From Eledone cirrhosa (taxonomy: Eukaryota): 64,000 nucleotides of DNA. The DNA lies in NCBI GenBank assembly GCA_964016885.1, contig OZ024743.1:233802001-233866000 (forward strand), given 5' to 3'. Below are positions 41,501 through 55,992 of the stretch, one piece after another. The notes under the pieces are model-generated. The model did not search any database. It was not told the origin of the DNA and saw nothing but the letters and a program-made list of their open reading frames with translations. Every line of letters begins with the position of its first letter. Positions within the stretch are counted from its first letter, which is position 1. The translations under genes were made by a program, and so were the position numbers.

Positions 41501-43059
41501 ACATGTACCAGTAATTACAGATCGATCCGACCACGGGCGGTCGGTTTGCGATTGAAAAGGTAACTCCGCCGGCAAATCGTCATTTTTGGATTCGTTTTCT
41601 TCGAAGCACACCATTCGCCGGCGGACTTTGTTGACGTTTAAGACGGTTTGGTTCCACAGCCACAACTATTGATTTTACGGAGATATCTTCCTGAAATTCA
41701 CGCCACACATAGCCAATGAGTGTCTGCACATGTACCAGTAATTACAGATCGATCCGACCACGGGCGGCCGGCCCGCGATTGAAAAGGTAACTCCGCCGGC
41801 AAATCGTCATTTTTGGATTCGTTTTCTTCGAAGCACACCATTCGCCGGCTGACTTTGTTGACGTTTAACACGGTTTGGTTCCACAGCCACAACTATTGAT
41901 TTTACGGAGATATCTTGCTGAAATTCACGCCACACATAGCCAATGAGTGTCTGCACATGTACCAGTAATTACAAATCGATCCGACCACGGGCGGCCGGCC
42001 CGCGATTGAAAAGGTAACTCCGCCGGCAAATCGTCATTTTTGGATTCGTTTTCTTCGAAGCACACCATTCGCCGGCGGACTTTGTTGACGTTTAACACGG
42101 TTTGGTTCCACAGCCACAACTATTGATTTTACGGAGATATCTTGCTGAAATTCACGCCACACATAGCCAATGAGTGTCTGCACATGTACCAGTAATTACA
42201 GATCGATCCGACCACGGGCGGTCGGTTTGCGATTGAAAAGGTAACTCCGCCGGCAAATCGTCATTTTTGGATTCGTTTTCTTCGAAGCACACCATTCGCC
42301 GGCGGACTTTGTTGACGTTTAACACGGTTTGGTTCCACAGCCACAACTATTGATTTTACGGAGATATCTTGCTGAAATTCACGCCACACATAGCCAATGA
42401 GTGTCTGCACATGTACCAGTAATTACAGATCGATCCGACCACGGGCGGCCGGCCCGCGATTGAAAAGGTAACTCCGCCGGCAAATCGTCATTTTTGGATT
42501 CGTTTTCTTCGAAGCACACCATTCGCCGGCGGACTTTGTTGACGTTTAACACGGTTTGGTTCCACAGCCACAACTATTGATTTTACGGAGATATCTTGCT
42601 GAAATTCACGCCACACATAGCCAATGAGTGTCTGCACATGTACCAGTAATTACAGATCGATCCGACCACGGGCGGCCGGCCCGCGTTTGAAAAGGTAACT
42701 CCGCCGGCAAATCGTCATTTTTGGATTCGTTTTCTTCGAAGCACACCATTCGCCGGCGGACTTTGTTGACGTTTAACACGGTTTGGTTCCACAGCCACAA
42801 CTATTGATTTTAAGGAGATATCTTGCTGAAATTCACGCCACACATAGCCAATGAGTGTCTGCACATGTACCAGTAATTACAGATCGATCCGACCACGGGC
42901 GGCCGGCCCGCGATTGAAAAGGTAACTCCGCCGGCAAATCGTCATTTTTGGATTCGTTTTCTTCGAAGCACACCATTCGCCGGCGGACTTTGTTGACGTT
43001 TAACACGGTTTGGTTCCACAGCCACAACTATTGATTTTACGGAGATATCTTGCTGAAAT
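38520..43059. repeat. 10-monomer (2270-bp) tandem duplication
   Basis: The rare GCGATAGAAAAG variant occurs only in units 38520 and 40790, and the following nine units match at offset 2270. Confidence 0.9.
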
Positions 43060-45329
43060 TCACGCCACACATAGCCAATGAGTCTCTGCACATGTACCAG
43101 TAATTACAGATCGATCCGACCACGGGCGGTCGGTTTGCGATTGAAAAGGTAACTCCGCCGGCAAATCGTCATTTTTGGATTCGTTTTCTTCGAAGCACAC
43201 CATTCGCCGGCGGACTTTGTTGACGTTTAAGACGGTTTGGTTCCACAGCCACAACTATTGATTTTACGGAGATATCTTCCTGAAATTCACGCCACACATA
43301 GCCAATGAGTGTCTGCACATGTACCAGTAATTACAGATCGATCCGACCACGGGCGGCCGGCCCGCGATTGAAAAGGTAACTCCGCCGGCAAATCGTCATT
43401 TTTGGATTCGTTTTCTTCGAAGCACACCATTCGCCGGCTGACTTTGTTGACGTTTAACACGGTTTGGTTCCACAGCCACAACTATTGATTTTACGGAGAT
43501 ATCTTGCTGAAATTCACGCCACACATAGCCAATGAGTGTCTGCACATGTACCAGTAATTACAAATCGATCCGACCACGGGCGGCCGGCCCGCGATTGAAA
43601 AGGTAACTCCGCCGGCAAATCGTCATTTTTGGATTCGTTTTCTTCGAAGCACACCATTCGCCGGCGGACTTTGTTGACGTTTAACACGGTTTGGTTCCAC
43701 AGCCACAACTATTGATTTTACGGAGATATCTTGCTGAAATTCACGCCACACATAGCCAATGAGTGTCTGCACATGTACCAGTAATTACAGATCGATCCGA
43801 CCACGGGCGGTCGGTTTGCGATTGAAAAGGTAACTCCGCCGGCAAATCGTCATTTTTGGATTCGTTTTCTTCGAAGCACACCATTCGCCGGCGGACTTTG
43901 TTGACGTTTAACACGGTTTGGTTCCACAGCCACAACTATTGATTTTACGGAGATATCTTGCTGAAATTCACGCCACACATAGCCAATGAGTGTCTGCACA
44001 TGTACCAGTAATTACAGATCGATCCGACCACGGGCGGCCGGCCCGCGATTGAAAAGGTAACTCCGCCGGCAAATCGTCATTTTTGGATTCGTTTTCTTCG
44101 AAGCACACCATTCGCCGGCGGACTTTGTTGACGTTTAACACGGTTTGGTTCCACAGCCACAACTATTGATTTTACGGAGATATCTTGCTGAAATTCACGC
44201 CACACATAGCCAATGAGTGTCTGCACATGTACCAGTAATTACAGATCGATCCGACCACGGGCGGCCGGCCCGCGTTTGAAAAGGTAACTCCGCCGGCAAA
44301 TCGTCATTTTTGGATTCGTTTTCTTCGAAGCACACCATTCGCCGGCGGACTTTGTTGACGTTTAACACGGTTTGGTTCCACAGCCACAACTATTGATTTT
44401 ACGGAGATATCTTGCTGAAATTCACGCCACACATAGCCAATGAGTGTCTGCACATGTACCAGTAATTACAGATCGATCCGACCACGGGCGGCCGGCCCGC
44501 GATTGAAAAGGTAACTCCGCCGGCAAATCGTCATTTTTGGATTCGTTTTCTTCGAAGCACACCATTCGCCGGCGGACTTTGTTGACGTTTAACACGGTTT
44601 GGTTCCACAGCCACAACTATTGATTTTACGGAGATATCTTGCTGAAATTCACGCCACACATAGCCAATGAGTCTCTGCACATGTACCAGTAATTACAGAT
44701 CGATCCGACCACGGGCGGTCGGTTTGCGATTGAAAAGGTAACTCCGCCGGCAAATCGTCATTTTTGGATTCGTTTTCTTCGAAGCACACCATTCGCCGGC
44801 GGACTTTGTTGACGTTTAAGACGGTTTGGTTCCACAGCCACAACTATTGATTTTACGGAGATATCTTCCTGAAATTCACGCCACACATAGCCAATGAGTG
44901 TCTGCACATGTACCAGTAATTACAGATCGATCCGACCACGGGCGGCCGGCCCGCGATTGAAAAGGTAACTCCGCCGGCAAATCGTCATTTTTGGATTCGT
45001 TTTCTTCGAAGCACACCATTCGCCGGCTGACTTTGTTGACGTTTAACACGGTTTGGTTCCACAGCCACAACTATTGATTTTACGGAGATATCTTGCTGAA
45101 ATTCACGCCACACATAGCCAATGAGTGTCTGCACATGTACCAGTAATTACAAATCGATCCGACCACGGGCGGCCGGCCCGCGATTGAAAAGGTAACTCCG
45201 CCGGCAAATCGTCATTTTTGGATTCGTTTTCTTCGAAGCACACCATTCGCCGGCGGACTTTGTTGACGTTTAACACGGTTTGGTTCCACAGCCACAACTA
45301 TTGATTTTACGGAGATATCTTGCTGAAAT
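41471..45329. repeat. 7-monomer (1589-bp) higher-order repeat, about 2.4 tandem copies; also present at 32618, 35342 and 39201
   Basis: The order GTCTCT/B-type, GGCTGA, ACAAAT, B-type, consensus, GCGTTT, consensus recurs from 41471 and 43060, and partially from 44649. Confidence 0.88.
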
Positions 45330-48300
45330 TCACGCCACACATAGCCAATGAGTGTCTGCACATGTACCAGTAATTACAGATCGATCCGACCACGGGCGGT
45401 CGGTTTGCGATTGAAAAGGTAACTCCGCCGGCAAATCGTCATTTTTGGATTCGTTTTCTTCGAAGCACACCATTCGCCGGCTGACTTTGTTGACGTTTAA
45501 CACGGTTTGGTTCCACAGCCACAACTATTGATTTTACGGAGATATCTTGCTGAAATTCACGCCACACATAGCCAATGAGTGTCTGCACATGTACCAGTAA
45601 TTACAGATCGATCCGACCACGGGCGGTCGGTTTGCGATTGAAAAGGTAACTCCGCCGGCAAATCGTCATTTTTGGATTCGTTTTCTTCGAAGCACACCAT
45701 TCGCCAGCTGACTTTGTTGACGTTTAACACGGTTTGGTTCCACAGCCACAACTATTGATTTTAAGGAGATATCTTGCTGAAATTCACGCCACACATAGCC
45801 AATGAGTGTCTGCACATGTACCAGTAATTACAGATCGATCCGACCACGGGCGGCCGGCCCGCGATTGAAAAGGTAACTCCGCCGGCAAATCGTCATTTTT
45901 GGATTCGTTTTCTTCGAAGCACACCATTCGCCGGCGGACTTTGTTGACGTTTAACACGGTTTGGTTCCACAGCCACAACTATTGATTTTACGGAGATATC
46001 TTGCTGAAATTCACGCCACACATAGCCAATGAGTGTCTTCACATGTACCAGTAATTACAGATCGATCCGACCACGGGCGGCCGGCCCGCGATTGAAAAGG
46101 TAACTCCGCCGGCAAATCGTCATTTTTGGATTCGTTTTCTTCGAAGCACACCATTCGCCGGCGGACTTTGTTGACGTTTAACACGGTTTGGTTCCACAGC
46201 CACAACTATTGATTTTACGGAGATATCTTGCTGAAATTCACGCCACACATAGCCAATGAGTCTCTGCACATGTACCATTAATTACAGATCGATCCGACCA
46301 CGGGCGGTCGGTTTGCGATTGAAAAGGTAACTCCGCCGGCAAATCGTCATTTTTGGATTCGTTTTCTTCGAAGCACACCATTCGCCGGCTGACTTTGTTG
46401 ACGTTTAACACGGTTTGGTTCCACAGCCACAACTATTGATTTTAAGGAGATATCTTGCTGAAATTCACGCCACACATAGCCAATGAGTCTCTGCACATGT
46501 ACCATTAATTACAGATCGATCCGACCACGGGCGGTCGGTTTGCGATTGAAAAGGTAACTCCGCCGGCAAATCGTCATTTTTGGATTCGTTTTCTTCGAAG
46601 CACACCATTCGCCGGCTGACTTTGTTGACGTTTAACACGGTTTGGTTCCACAGCCACAACTATTGATTTTAAGGAGATATCTTGCTGAAATTCACGCCAC
46701 ACATAGCCAATGAGTGTCTGCACATGTACCAGTAATTACAGATCGATCCGACCACGGGCGGCCGGCCCGCGTTTGAAAAGGTAACTCCGCCGGCAAATCG
46801 TCATTTTTGGATTCGTTTTCTTCGAAGCACACCATTCGCCGGCGGACTTTGTTGACGTTTAACACGGTTTGGTTCCACAGCCACAACTATTGATTTTACG
46901 GAGATATCTTGCTGAAATTCACGCCACACATAGCCAATGAGTCTCTGCACATGTACCATTAATTACAGATCGATCCGACCACGGGCGGTCGGTTTGCGAT
47001 TGAAAAGGTAACTCCGCCGGCAAATCGTCATTTTTGGATTCGTTTTCTTCGAAGCACACCATTCGCCGGCTGACTTTGTTGACGTTTAACACGGTTTGGT
47101 TCCACAGCCACAACTATTGATTTTAAGGAGATATCTTGCTGAAATTCACGCCACACATAGCCAATGAGTGTCTGCACATGTACCAGTAATTACAGATCGA
47201 TCCGACCACGGGCGGCCGGCCCGCGTTTGAAAAGGTAACTCCGCCGGCAAATCGTCATTTTTGGATTCGTTTTCTTCGAAGCACACCATTCGCCGGCGGA
47301 CTTTGTTGACGTTTAACACGGTTTGGTTCCACAGCCACAACTATTGATTTTACGGAGATATCTTGCTGAAATTCACGCCACACATAGCCAATGAGTGTCT
47401 GCACATGTACCAGTAATTACAGATCGATCCGACCACGGGCGGCCGGCCCGCGATTGAAAAGGTAACTCCGCCGGCAAATCGTCATTTTTGGATTCGTTTT
47501 CTTCGAAGCACACCATTCGCCGGCGGACTTTGTTGACGTTTAACACGGTTTGGTTCCACAGCCACAACTATTGATTTTACGGAGATATCTTGCTGAAATT
47601 CACGCCACACATAGCCAATGAGTCTCTGCACATGTACCAGTAATTACAGATCGATCCGACCACGGGCGGTCGGTTTGCGATTGAAAAGGTAACTCCGCCG
47701 GCAAATCGTCATTTTTGGATTCGTTTTCTTCGAAGCACACCATTCGCCGGCGGACTTTGTTGACGTTTAAGACGGTTTGGTTCCACAGCCACAACTATTG
47801 ATTTTACGGAGATATCTTGCTGAAATTCACGCCACACATAGCCAATGAGTGTCTGCACATGTACCAGTAATTACAGATCGATCCGACCACGGGCGGTCGG
47901 TTTGCGATTGAAAAGGTAACTCCGCCGGCAAATCGTCATTTTTGGATTCGTTTTCTTCGAAGCACACCATTCGCCGGCTGACTTTGTTGACGTTTAACAC
48001 GGTTTGGTTCCACAGCCACAACTATTGATTTTAAGGAGATATCTTGCTGAAATTCACGCCACACATAGCCAATGAGTGTCTGCACATGTACCAGTAATTA
48101 CAGATCGATCCGACCACGGGCGGCCGGCCCGCGTTTGAAAAGGTAACTCCGCCGGCAAATCGTCATTTTTGGATTCGTTTTCTTCGAAGCACACCATTCG
48201 CCGGCGGACTTTGTTGACGTTTAACACGGTTTGGTTCCACAGCCACAACTATTGATTTTACGGAGATATCTTGCTGAAATTCACGCCACACATAGCCAAT

Positions 48301-51300
48301 GAGTGTCTGCACATGTACCAGTAATTACAGATCGATCCGACCACGGGCGGCCGGCCCGCGATTGAAAAGGTAACTCCGCCGGCAAATCGTCATTTTTGGA
48401 TTCGTTTTCTTCGAAGCACACCATTCGCCGGCGGACTTTGTTGACGTTTAACACGGTTTGGTTCCACAGCCACAACTATTGATTTTACGGAGATATCTTG
48501 CTGAAATTCACGCCACACATAGCCAATGAGTCTCTGCACATGTACCAGTAATTACAGATCGATCCGACCACGGGCGGTCGGTTTGCGATTGAAAAGGTAA
48601 CTCCGCCGGCAAATCGTCATTTTTGGATTCGTTTTCTTCGAAGCACACCATTCGCCGGCGGACTTTGTTGACGTTTAAGACGGTTTGGTTCCACAGCCAC
48701 AACTATTGATTTTACGGAGATATCTTCCTGAAATTCACGCCACACATAGCCAATGAGTGTCTGCACATGTACCAGTAATTACAGATCGATCCGACCACGG
48801 GCGGCCGGCCCGCGATTGAAAAGGTAACTCCGCCGGCAAATCGTCATTTTTGGATTCGTTTTCTTCGAAGCACACCATTCGCCGGCTGACTTTGTTGACG
48901 TTTAACACGGTTTGGTTCCACAGCCACAACTATTGATTTTACGGAGATATCTTGCTGAAATTCACGCCACACATAGCCAATGAGTGTCTGCACATGTACC
49001 AGTAATTACAAATCGATCCGACCACGGGCGGCCGGCCCGCGATTGAAAAGGTAACTCCGCCGGCAAATCGTCATTTTTGGATTCGTTTTCTTCGAAGCAC
49101 ACCATTCGCCGGCGGACTTTGTTGACGTTTAACACGGTTTGGTTCCACAGCCACAACTATTGATTTTACGGAGATATCTTGCTGAAATTCACGCCACACA
49201 TAGCCAATGAGTGTCTGCACATGTACCAGTAATTACAGATCGATCCGACCACGGGCGGTCGGTTTGCGATTGAAAAGGTAACTCCGCCGGCAAATCGTCA
49301 TTTTTGGATTCGTTTTCTTCGAAGCACACCATTCGCCAGCTGACTTTGTTGACGTTTAACACGGTTTGGTTCCACAGCCACAACTATTGATTTTAAGGAG
49401 ATATCTTGCTGAAATTCACGCCACACATAGCCAATGAGTGTCTGCACATGTACCAGTAATTACAGATCGATCCGACCACGGGCGGCCGGCCCGCGATTGA
49501 AAAGGTAACTCCGCCGGCAAATCGTCATTTTTGGATTCGTTTTCTTCGAAGCACACCATTCGCCGGCGGACTTTGTTGACGTTTAACACGGTTTGGTTCC
49601 ACAGCCACAACTATTGATTTTACGGAGATATCTTGCTGAAATTCACGCCACACATAGCCAATGAGTGTCTTCACATGTACCAGTAATTACAGATCGATCC
49701 GACCACGGGCGGCCGGCCCGCGATTGAAAAGGTAACTCCGCCGGCAAATCGTCATTTTTGGATTCGTTTTCTTCGAAGCACACCATTCGCCGGCGGACTT
49801 TGTTGACGTTTAACACGGTTTGGTTCCACAGCCACAACTATTGATTTTACGGAGATATCTTGCTGAAATTCACGCCACACATAGCCAATGAGTCTCTGCA
49901 CATGTACCATTAATTACAGATCGATCCGACCACGGGCGGTCGGTTTGCGATTGAAAAGGTAACTCCGCCGGCAAATCGTCATTTTTGGATTCGTTTTCTT
50001 CGAAGCACACCATTCGCCGGCTGACTTTGTTGACGTTTAACACGGTTTGGTTCCACAGCCACAACTATTGATTTTAAGGAGATATCTTGCTGAAATTCAC
50101 GCCACACATAGCCAATGAGTGTCTGCACAGGTACCAGTAATTACAGATCGATCCGACCACGGGCGGCCGGCCCGCGATTGAAAAGGTAACTCCGCCGGCA
50201 AATCGTCATTTTTGGATTCGTTTTCTTCGAAGCACACCATTCGCCGGCGGACTTTGTTGACGTTTAACACGGTTTGGTTCCACAGCCACAACTATTGATT
50301 TTACGGAGATATCTTGCTGAAATTCACGCCACACATAGCCAATGAGTGTCTGCACATGTATCAGTAATTACAGATCGATCCGACCACGGGCGGCCGGCCC
50401 GCGATTGAAAAGGTAACTCCGCCGGCAAATCGTCATTTTTGGATTCGTTTTCTTCGAAGCACACCATTCGCCGGCGGACTTTGTTGACGTTTAACACGGT
50501 TTGGTTCCACAGCCACAACTATTGATTTTACGGAGATATCTTGCTGAAATTCACGCCACACATAGCCAATGAGTGTCTGCACATGTACCAGTAATTACAG
50601 ATCGATCCGACCACGGGCGGCCGGCCCGCGATTGAAAAGGTAACTCCGCCGGCAAATCGTCATTTTTGGATTCGTTTTCTTCGAAGCACACCATTCGCCG
50701 GCTGACTTTGTTGATGTTTAACACGGTTTGGTTCCACAGCCACAACTATTGATTTTAAGGAGATATCTTGCTGAAATTCACGCCACACATAGCCAATGAG
50801 TGTCTGCACAGGTACCAGTAATTACAGATCGATCCGACCACGGGCGGCCGGCCCGCTATTGAAAAGGTAACTCCGCCGGCAAATCGTCATTTTTGGATTC
50901 GTTTTCTTCGAAGCACACCATTCGCCGGCGGACTTTGTTGACGTTTAACACGGTTTGGTTCCACAGCCACAACTATTGATTTTACGGAGATATCTTGCTG
51001 AAATTCACGCCACACATAGCCAATGAGTGTCTGCACATGTACCAGTAATTACAGATCGATCCGACCACGGGCGGCCGGCCCGCGATTGAAAAGGTAACTC
51101 CGCCGGCAAATCGTCATTTTTGGATTCGTTTTCTTCGAAGCACACCATTCGCCGGCGGACTTTGTTGACGTTTAACACGGTTTGGTTCCACAGCCACAAC
51201 TATTGATTTTACGGAGATATCTTGCTGAAATTCACGCCACACATAGCCAATGAGTGTCTGCACATGTACCAGTAATTACAGATCGATCCGACCACGGGCG

Positions 51301-54180
51301 GTCGGTTTGCGATTGAAAAGGTAACTCCGCCGGCAAATCGTCATTTTTGGATTCGTTTTCTTCGAAGCACACCATTCGCCGGCTGACTTTGTTGACGTTT
51401 AACACGGTTTGGTTCCACAGCCACAACTATTGATTTTACGGAGATATCTTGCTGAAATTCACGCCACACATAGCCAATGAGTGTCTGCACATGTACCAGT
51501 AATTACAGATCGATCCGACCACGGGCGGTCGGCCCGCGATTGAAAAGGTAACTCCGCCGGCAAATCGTCATTTTTGGATTCGTTTTCTTCGAAGCACACC
51601 ATTCGCCGGCGGACTTTGTTGACGTTTAACACGGTTTGGTTCCACAGCCACAACTATTGATTTTACGGAGATATCTTGCTGAAATTCACGCCACACATAG
51701 CCAATGAGTGTCTGCACATGTACAAGTAATTACAGATCGATCCGACCACGGGCGGCCGGCCCGCGATTGAAAAGGTAACTCCGCCGGCAAATCGTCATTT
51801 TTGGATTCGTTTTCTTCGAAGCACACCATTCGCCGGCGGACTTTGTTGACGTTTAACACGGTTTGGTTCCACAGCCACAACTATTGATTTTAAGGAGATA
51901 TCTTGCTGAAATTCACGCCACACATAGCCAATGAGTGTCTGCACATGTACCAGTAATTACAGATCGATCCGACCACGGGCGGCCGGCCCGCGATTGAAAA
52001 GGTAACTCCGCCGGCAAATCGTCATTTTTGGATTCGTTTTCTTCGAAGCACACCATTCGCCGGCGGACTTTGTTGACGTTTAACACGGTTTGGTTCCACA
52101 GCCACAACTATTGATTTTACGGAGATATCTTGCTGAAATTCACGCCACACATAGCCAATGAGTCTCTGCACATGTACCATTAATTACAGATCGATCCGAC
52201 CACGGGCGGTCGGTTTGCGATTGAAAAGGTAACTCCGCCGGCAAATCGTCATTTTTGGATTCGTTTTCTTCGAAGCACACCATTCGCCGGCTGACTTTGT
52301 TGATGTTTAACACGGTTTGGTTCCACAGCCACAACTATTGATTTTACGGAGATATCTTGCTGAAATTCACGCCACACATAGCCAATGAGTGTCTGCACAG
52401 GTACCAGTAATTACAGATCGATCCGACCACGGGCGGCCGGCCCGCTATTGAAAAGGTAACTCCGCCGGCAAATCGTCATTTTTGGATTCGTTTTCTTCGA
52501 AGCACACCATTCGCCGGCGGACTTTGTTGACGTTTAACACGGTTTGGTTCCACAGCCACAACTATTGATTTTACGGAGATATCTTGCTGAAATTCACGCC
52601 ACACATAGCCAATGAGTGTCTGCACATGTACCAGTAATTACAGATCGATCCGACCACGGGCGGTCGGTTTGCGATTGAAAAGGTAACTCCGCCGGCAAAT
52701 CGTCATTTTTGGATTCGTTTTCTTCGAAGCACACCATTCGCCGGCTGACTTTGTTGACGTTTAACACGGTTTGGTTCCACAGCCACAACTATTGATTTTA
52801 CGGAGATATCTTGCTGAAATTCACGCCACACATAGCCAATGAGTGTCTGCACATGTACCAGTAATTACAGATCGATCCGACCACGGGCGGTCGGTTTGCG
52901 ATTGAAAAGGTAACTCCGCCGGCAAATCGTCATTTTTGGATTCGTTTTCTTCGAAGCACACCATTCGCCGGCGGACTTTGTTGACGTTTAACACGGTTTG
53001 GTTCCACAGCCACAACTATTGATTTTACGGAGATATCTTGCTGAAATTCACGCCACACATAGCCAATGAGTGTCTGCACATGTACCAGTAATTACAGATC
53101 GATCCGACCACGGGCGGCCGGCCCGCGATTGAAAAGGTAACTCCGCCGGCAAATCGTCATTTTTGGATTCGTTTTCTTCGAAGCACACCATTCGCCGGCT
53201 GACTTTGTTGATGTTTAACACGGTTTGGTTCCACAGCCACAACTATTGATTTTACGGAGATATCTTGCTGAAATTCACGCCACACATAGCCAATGAGTGT
53301 CTGCACAGGTACCAGTAATTACAGATCGATCCGACCACGGGCGGCCGGCCCGCTATTGAAAAGGTAACTCCGCCGGCAAATCGTCATTTTTGGATTCGTT
53401 TTCTTCGAAGCACACCATTCGCCGGCGGACTTTGTTGACGTTTAACACGGTTTGGTTCCACAGCCACAACTATTGATTTTACGGAGATATCTTGCTGAAA
53501 TTCACGCCACACAGCCAATGAGTGTCTGCACATGTACCAGTAATTACAGATCGATCCGACCACGGGCGGCCGGCCCGCGATTGAAAAGGTAACTCCGCCG
53601 GCAAATCGTCATTTTTGGATTCGTTTTCTTCGAAGCACACCATTCGCCGGCGGACTTTGTTGACGTTTAACACGGTTTGGTTCCACAGCCACAACTATTG
53701 ATTTTACGGAGATATCTTGCTGAAATTCACGCCACACATAGCCAATGAGTGTCTGCACATGTACCAGTAATTACAGATCGATCCGACCACGGGCGGCCGG
53801 CCCGCGATTGAAAAGGTAACTCCGCCGGCAAATCGTCATTTTTGGATTCGTTTTCTTCGAAGCACACCATTCGCCGGCGGACTTTGTTGACGTTTAACAC
53901 GGTTTGGTTCCACAGCCACAACTATTGATTTTACGGAGATATCTTGCTGAAATTCACGCCACACATAGCCAATGAGTGTCTGCACATGTACCAGTAATTA
54001 CAGATCGATCCGACCACGGGCGGCCGGCCCGCGATTGAAAAGGTAACTCCGCCGGCAAATCGTCATTTTTGGATTCGTTTTCTTCGAAGCACACCATTCG
54101 CCGGCGGACTTTGTTGACGTTTAACACGGTTTGGTTCCACAGCCACAACTATTGATTTTACGGAGATATCTTGCTGAAAT

Positions 54181-55992
54181 TCACGCCACACATAGCCAAT
54201 GAGTGTCTGCACATGTACCAGTAATTACAGATCGATCCGACCACGGGCGGCCGGCCCGCGATTGAAAAGGTAACTCCGCCGGCAAATCGTCATTTTTGGA
54301 TTCGTTTTCTTCGAAGCACACCATTCGCCGGCGGACTTTGTTGACGTTTAACACGGTTTGGTTCCACAGCCACAACTATTGATTTTACGGAGATATCTTG
54401 CTGAAATTCACGCCACACAGCCAATGAGTGTCTGCACATGTACCAGTAATTACAGATCAATCCGACCACGGGCGGCCGGCCCGCGATTGAAAAGGTAACT
54501 CCGCCGGCAAATCGTCATTTTTGGATTCGTTTTCTTCGAAGCACACCATTCGCCGGCGGACTTTGTTGACGTTTAACACGGTTTGGTTCCACAGCCACAA
54601 CTATTGATTTTACGGAGATATCTTGCTGAAATTCACGCCACACATAGCCAATGAGTGTCTGCACATGTACCAGTAATTACAGATCGATCCGACCACGGGC
54701 GGCCGGCCCGCGATTGAAAAGGTAACTCCGCCGGCAAATCGTCATTTTTGGATTCGTTTTCTTCGAAGCACACCATTCGCCGGCGGACTTTGTTGACGTT
54801 TAACACGGTTTGGTTCCACAGCCACAACTATTGATTTTACGGAGATATCTTGCTGAAATTCACGCCACACATAGCCAATGAGTGTCTGCACATGTACAAG
54901 TAATTACAGATCGATCCGACCACGGGCGGCCGGCCCGCGATTGAAAAGGTAACTCCGCCGGCAAATCGTCATTTTTGGATTCGTTTTCTTCGAAGCACAC
55001 CATTCGCCGGCGGACTTTGTTGACGTTTAACACGGTTTGGTTCCACAGCCACAACTATTGATTTTACGGAGATATCTTGCTGAAATTCACGCCACACATA
55101 GCCAATGAGTGTCTGCACATGTACCAGTAATTACAGATCGATCCGACCACGGGCGGCCGGCCCGCGATTGAAAAGGTAACTCCGCCGGCAAATCGTCATT
55201 TTTGGATTCGTTTTCTTCGAAGCACACCATTCGCCGGCGGACTTTGTTGACGTTTAACACGGTTTGGTTCCACAGCCACAACTATTGATTTTACGGAGAT
55301 ATCTTGCTGAAATTCACGCCACACAGCCAATGAGTGTCTGCACATGTACCAGTAATTACAGATCAATCCGACCACGGGCGGCCGGCCCGCGATTGAAAAG
55401 GTAACTCCGCCGGCAAATCGTCATTTTTGGATTCGTTTTCTTCGAAGCACACCATTCGCCGGCGGACTTTGTTGACGTTTAACACGGTTTGGTTCCACAG
55501 CCACAACTATTGATTTTACGGAGATATCTTGCTGAAATTCACGCCACACATAGCCAATGAGTGTCTGCACATGTACCAGTAATTACAGATCGATCCGACC
55601 ACGGGCGGCCGGCCCGCGATTGAAAAGGTAACTCCGCCGGCAAATCGTCATTTTTGGATTCGTTTTCTTCGAAGCACACCATTCGCCGGCGGACTTTGTT
55701 GACGTTTAACACGGTTTGGTTCCACAGCCACAACTATTGATTTTACGGAGATATCTTGCTGAAATTCACGCCACACATAGCCAATGAGTGTCTGCACATG
55801 TACAAGTAATTACAGATCGATCCGACCACGGGCGGCCGGCCCGCGATTGAAAAGGTAACTCCGCCGGCAAATCGTCATTTTTGGATTCGTTTTCTTCGAA
55901 GCACACCATTCGCCGGCGGACTTTGTTGACGTTTAACACGGTTTGGTTCCACAGCCACAACTATTGATTTTACGGAGATATCTTGCTGAAAT
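54181..55992. repeat. 4-monomer (906-bp) tandem duplication containing a 225-bp unit
   Basis: The rare GATCAATCC variant is at 54459 and 55365 (offset 906 = 4x227-2), each in a unit with the 2-bp deletion. GTACAAG units at 54860 and 55766 also match. Confidence 0.9.
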
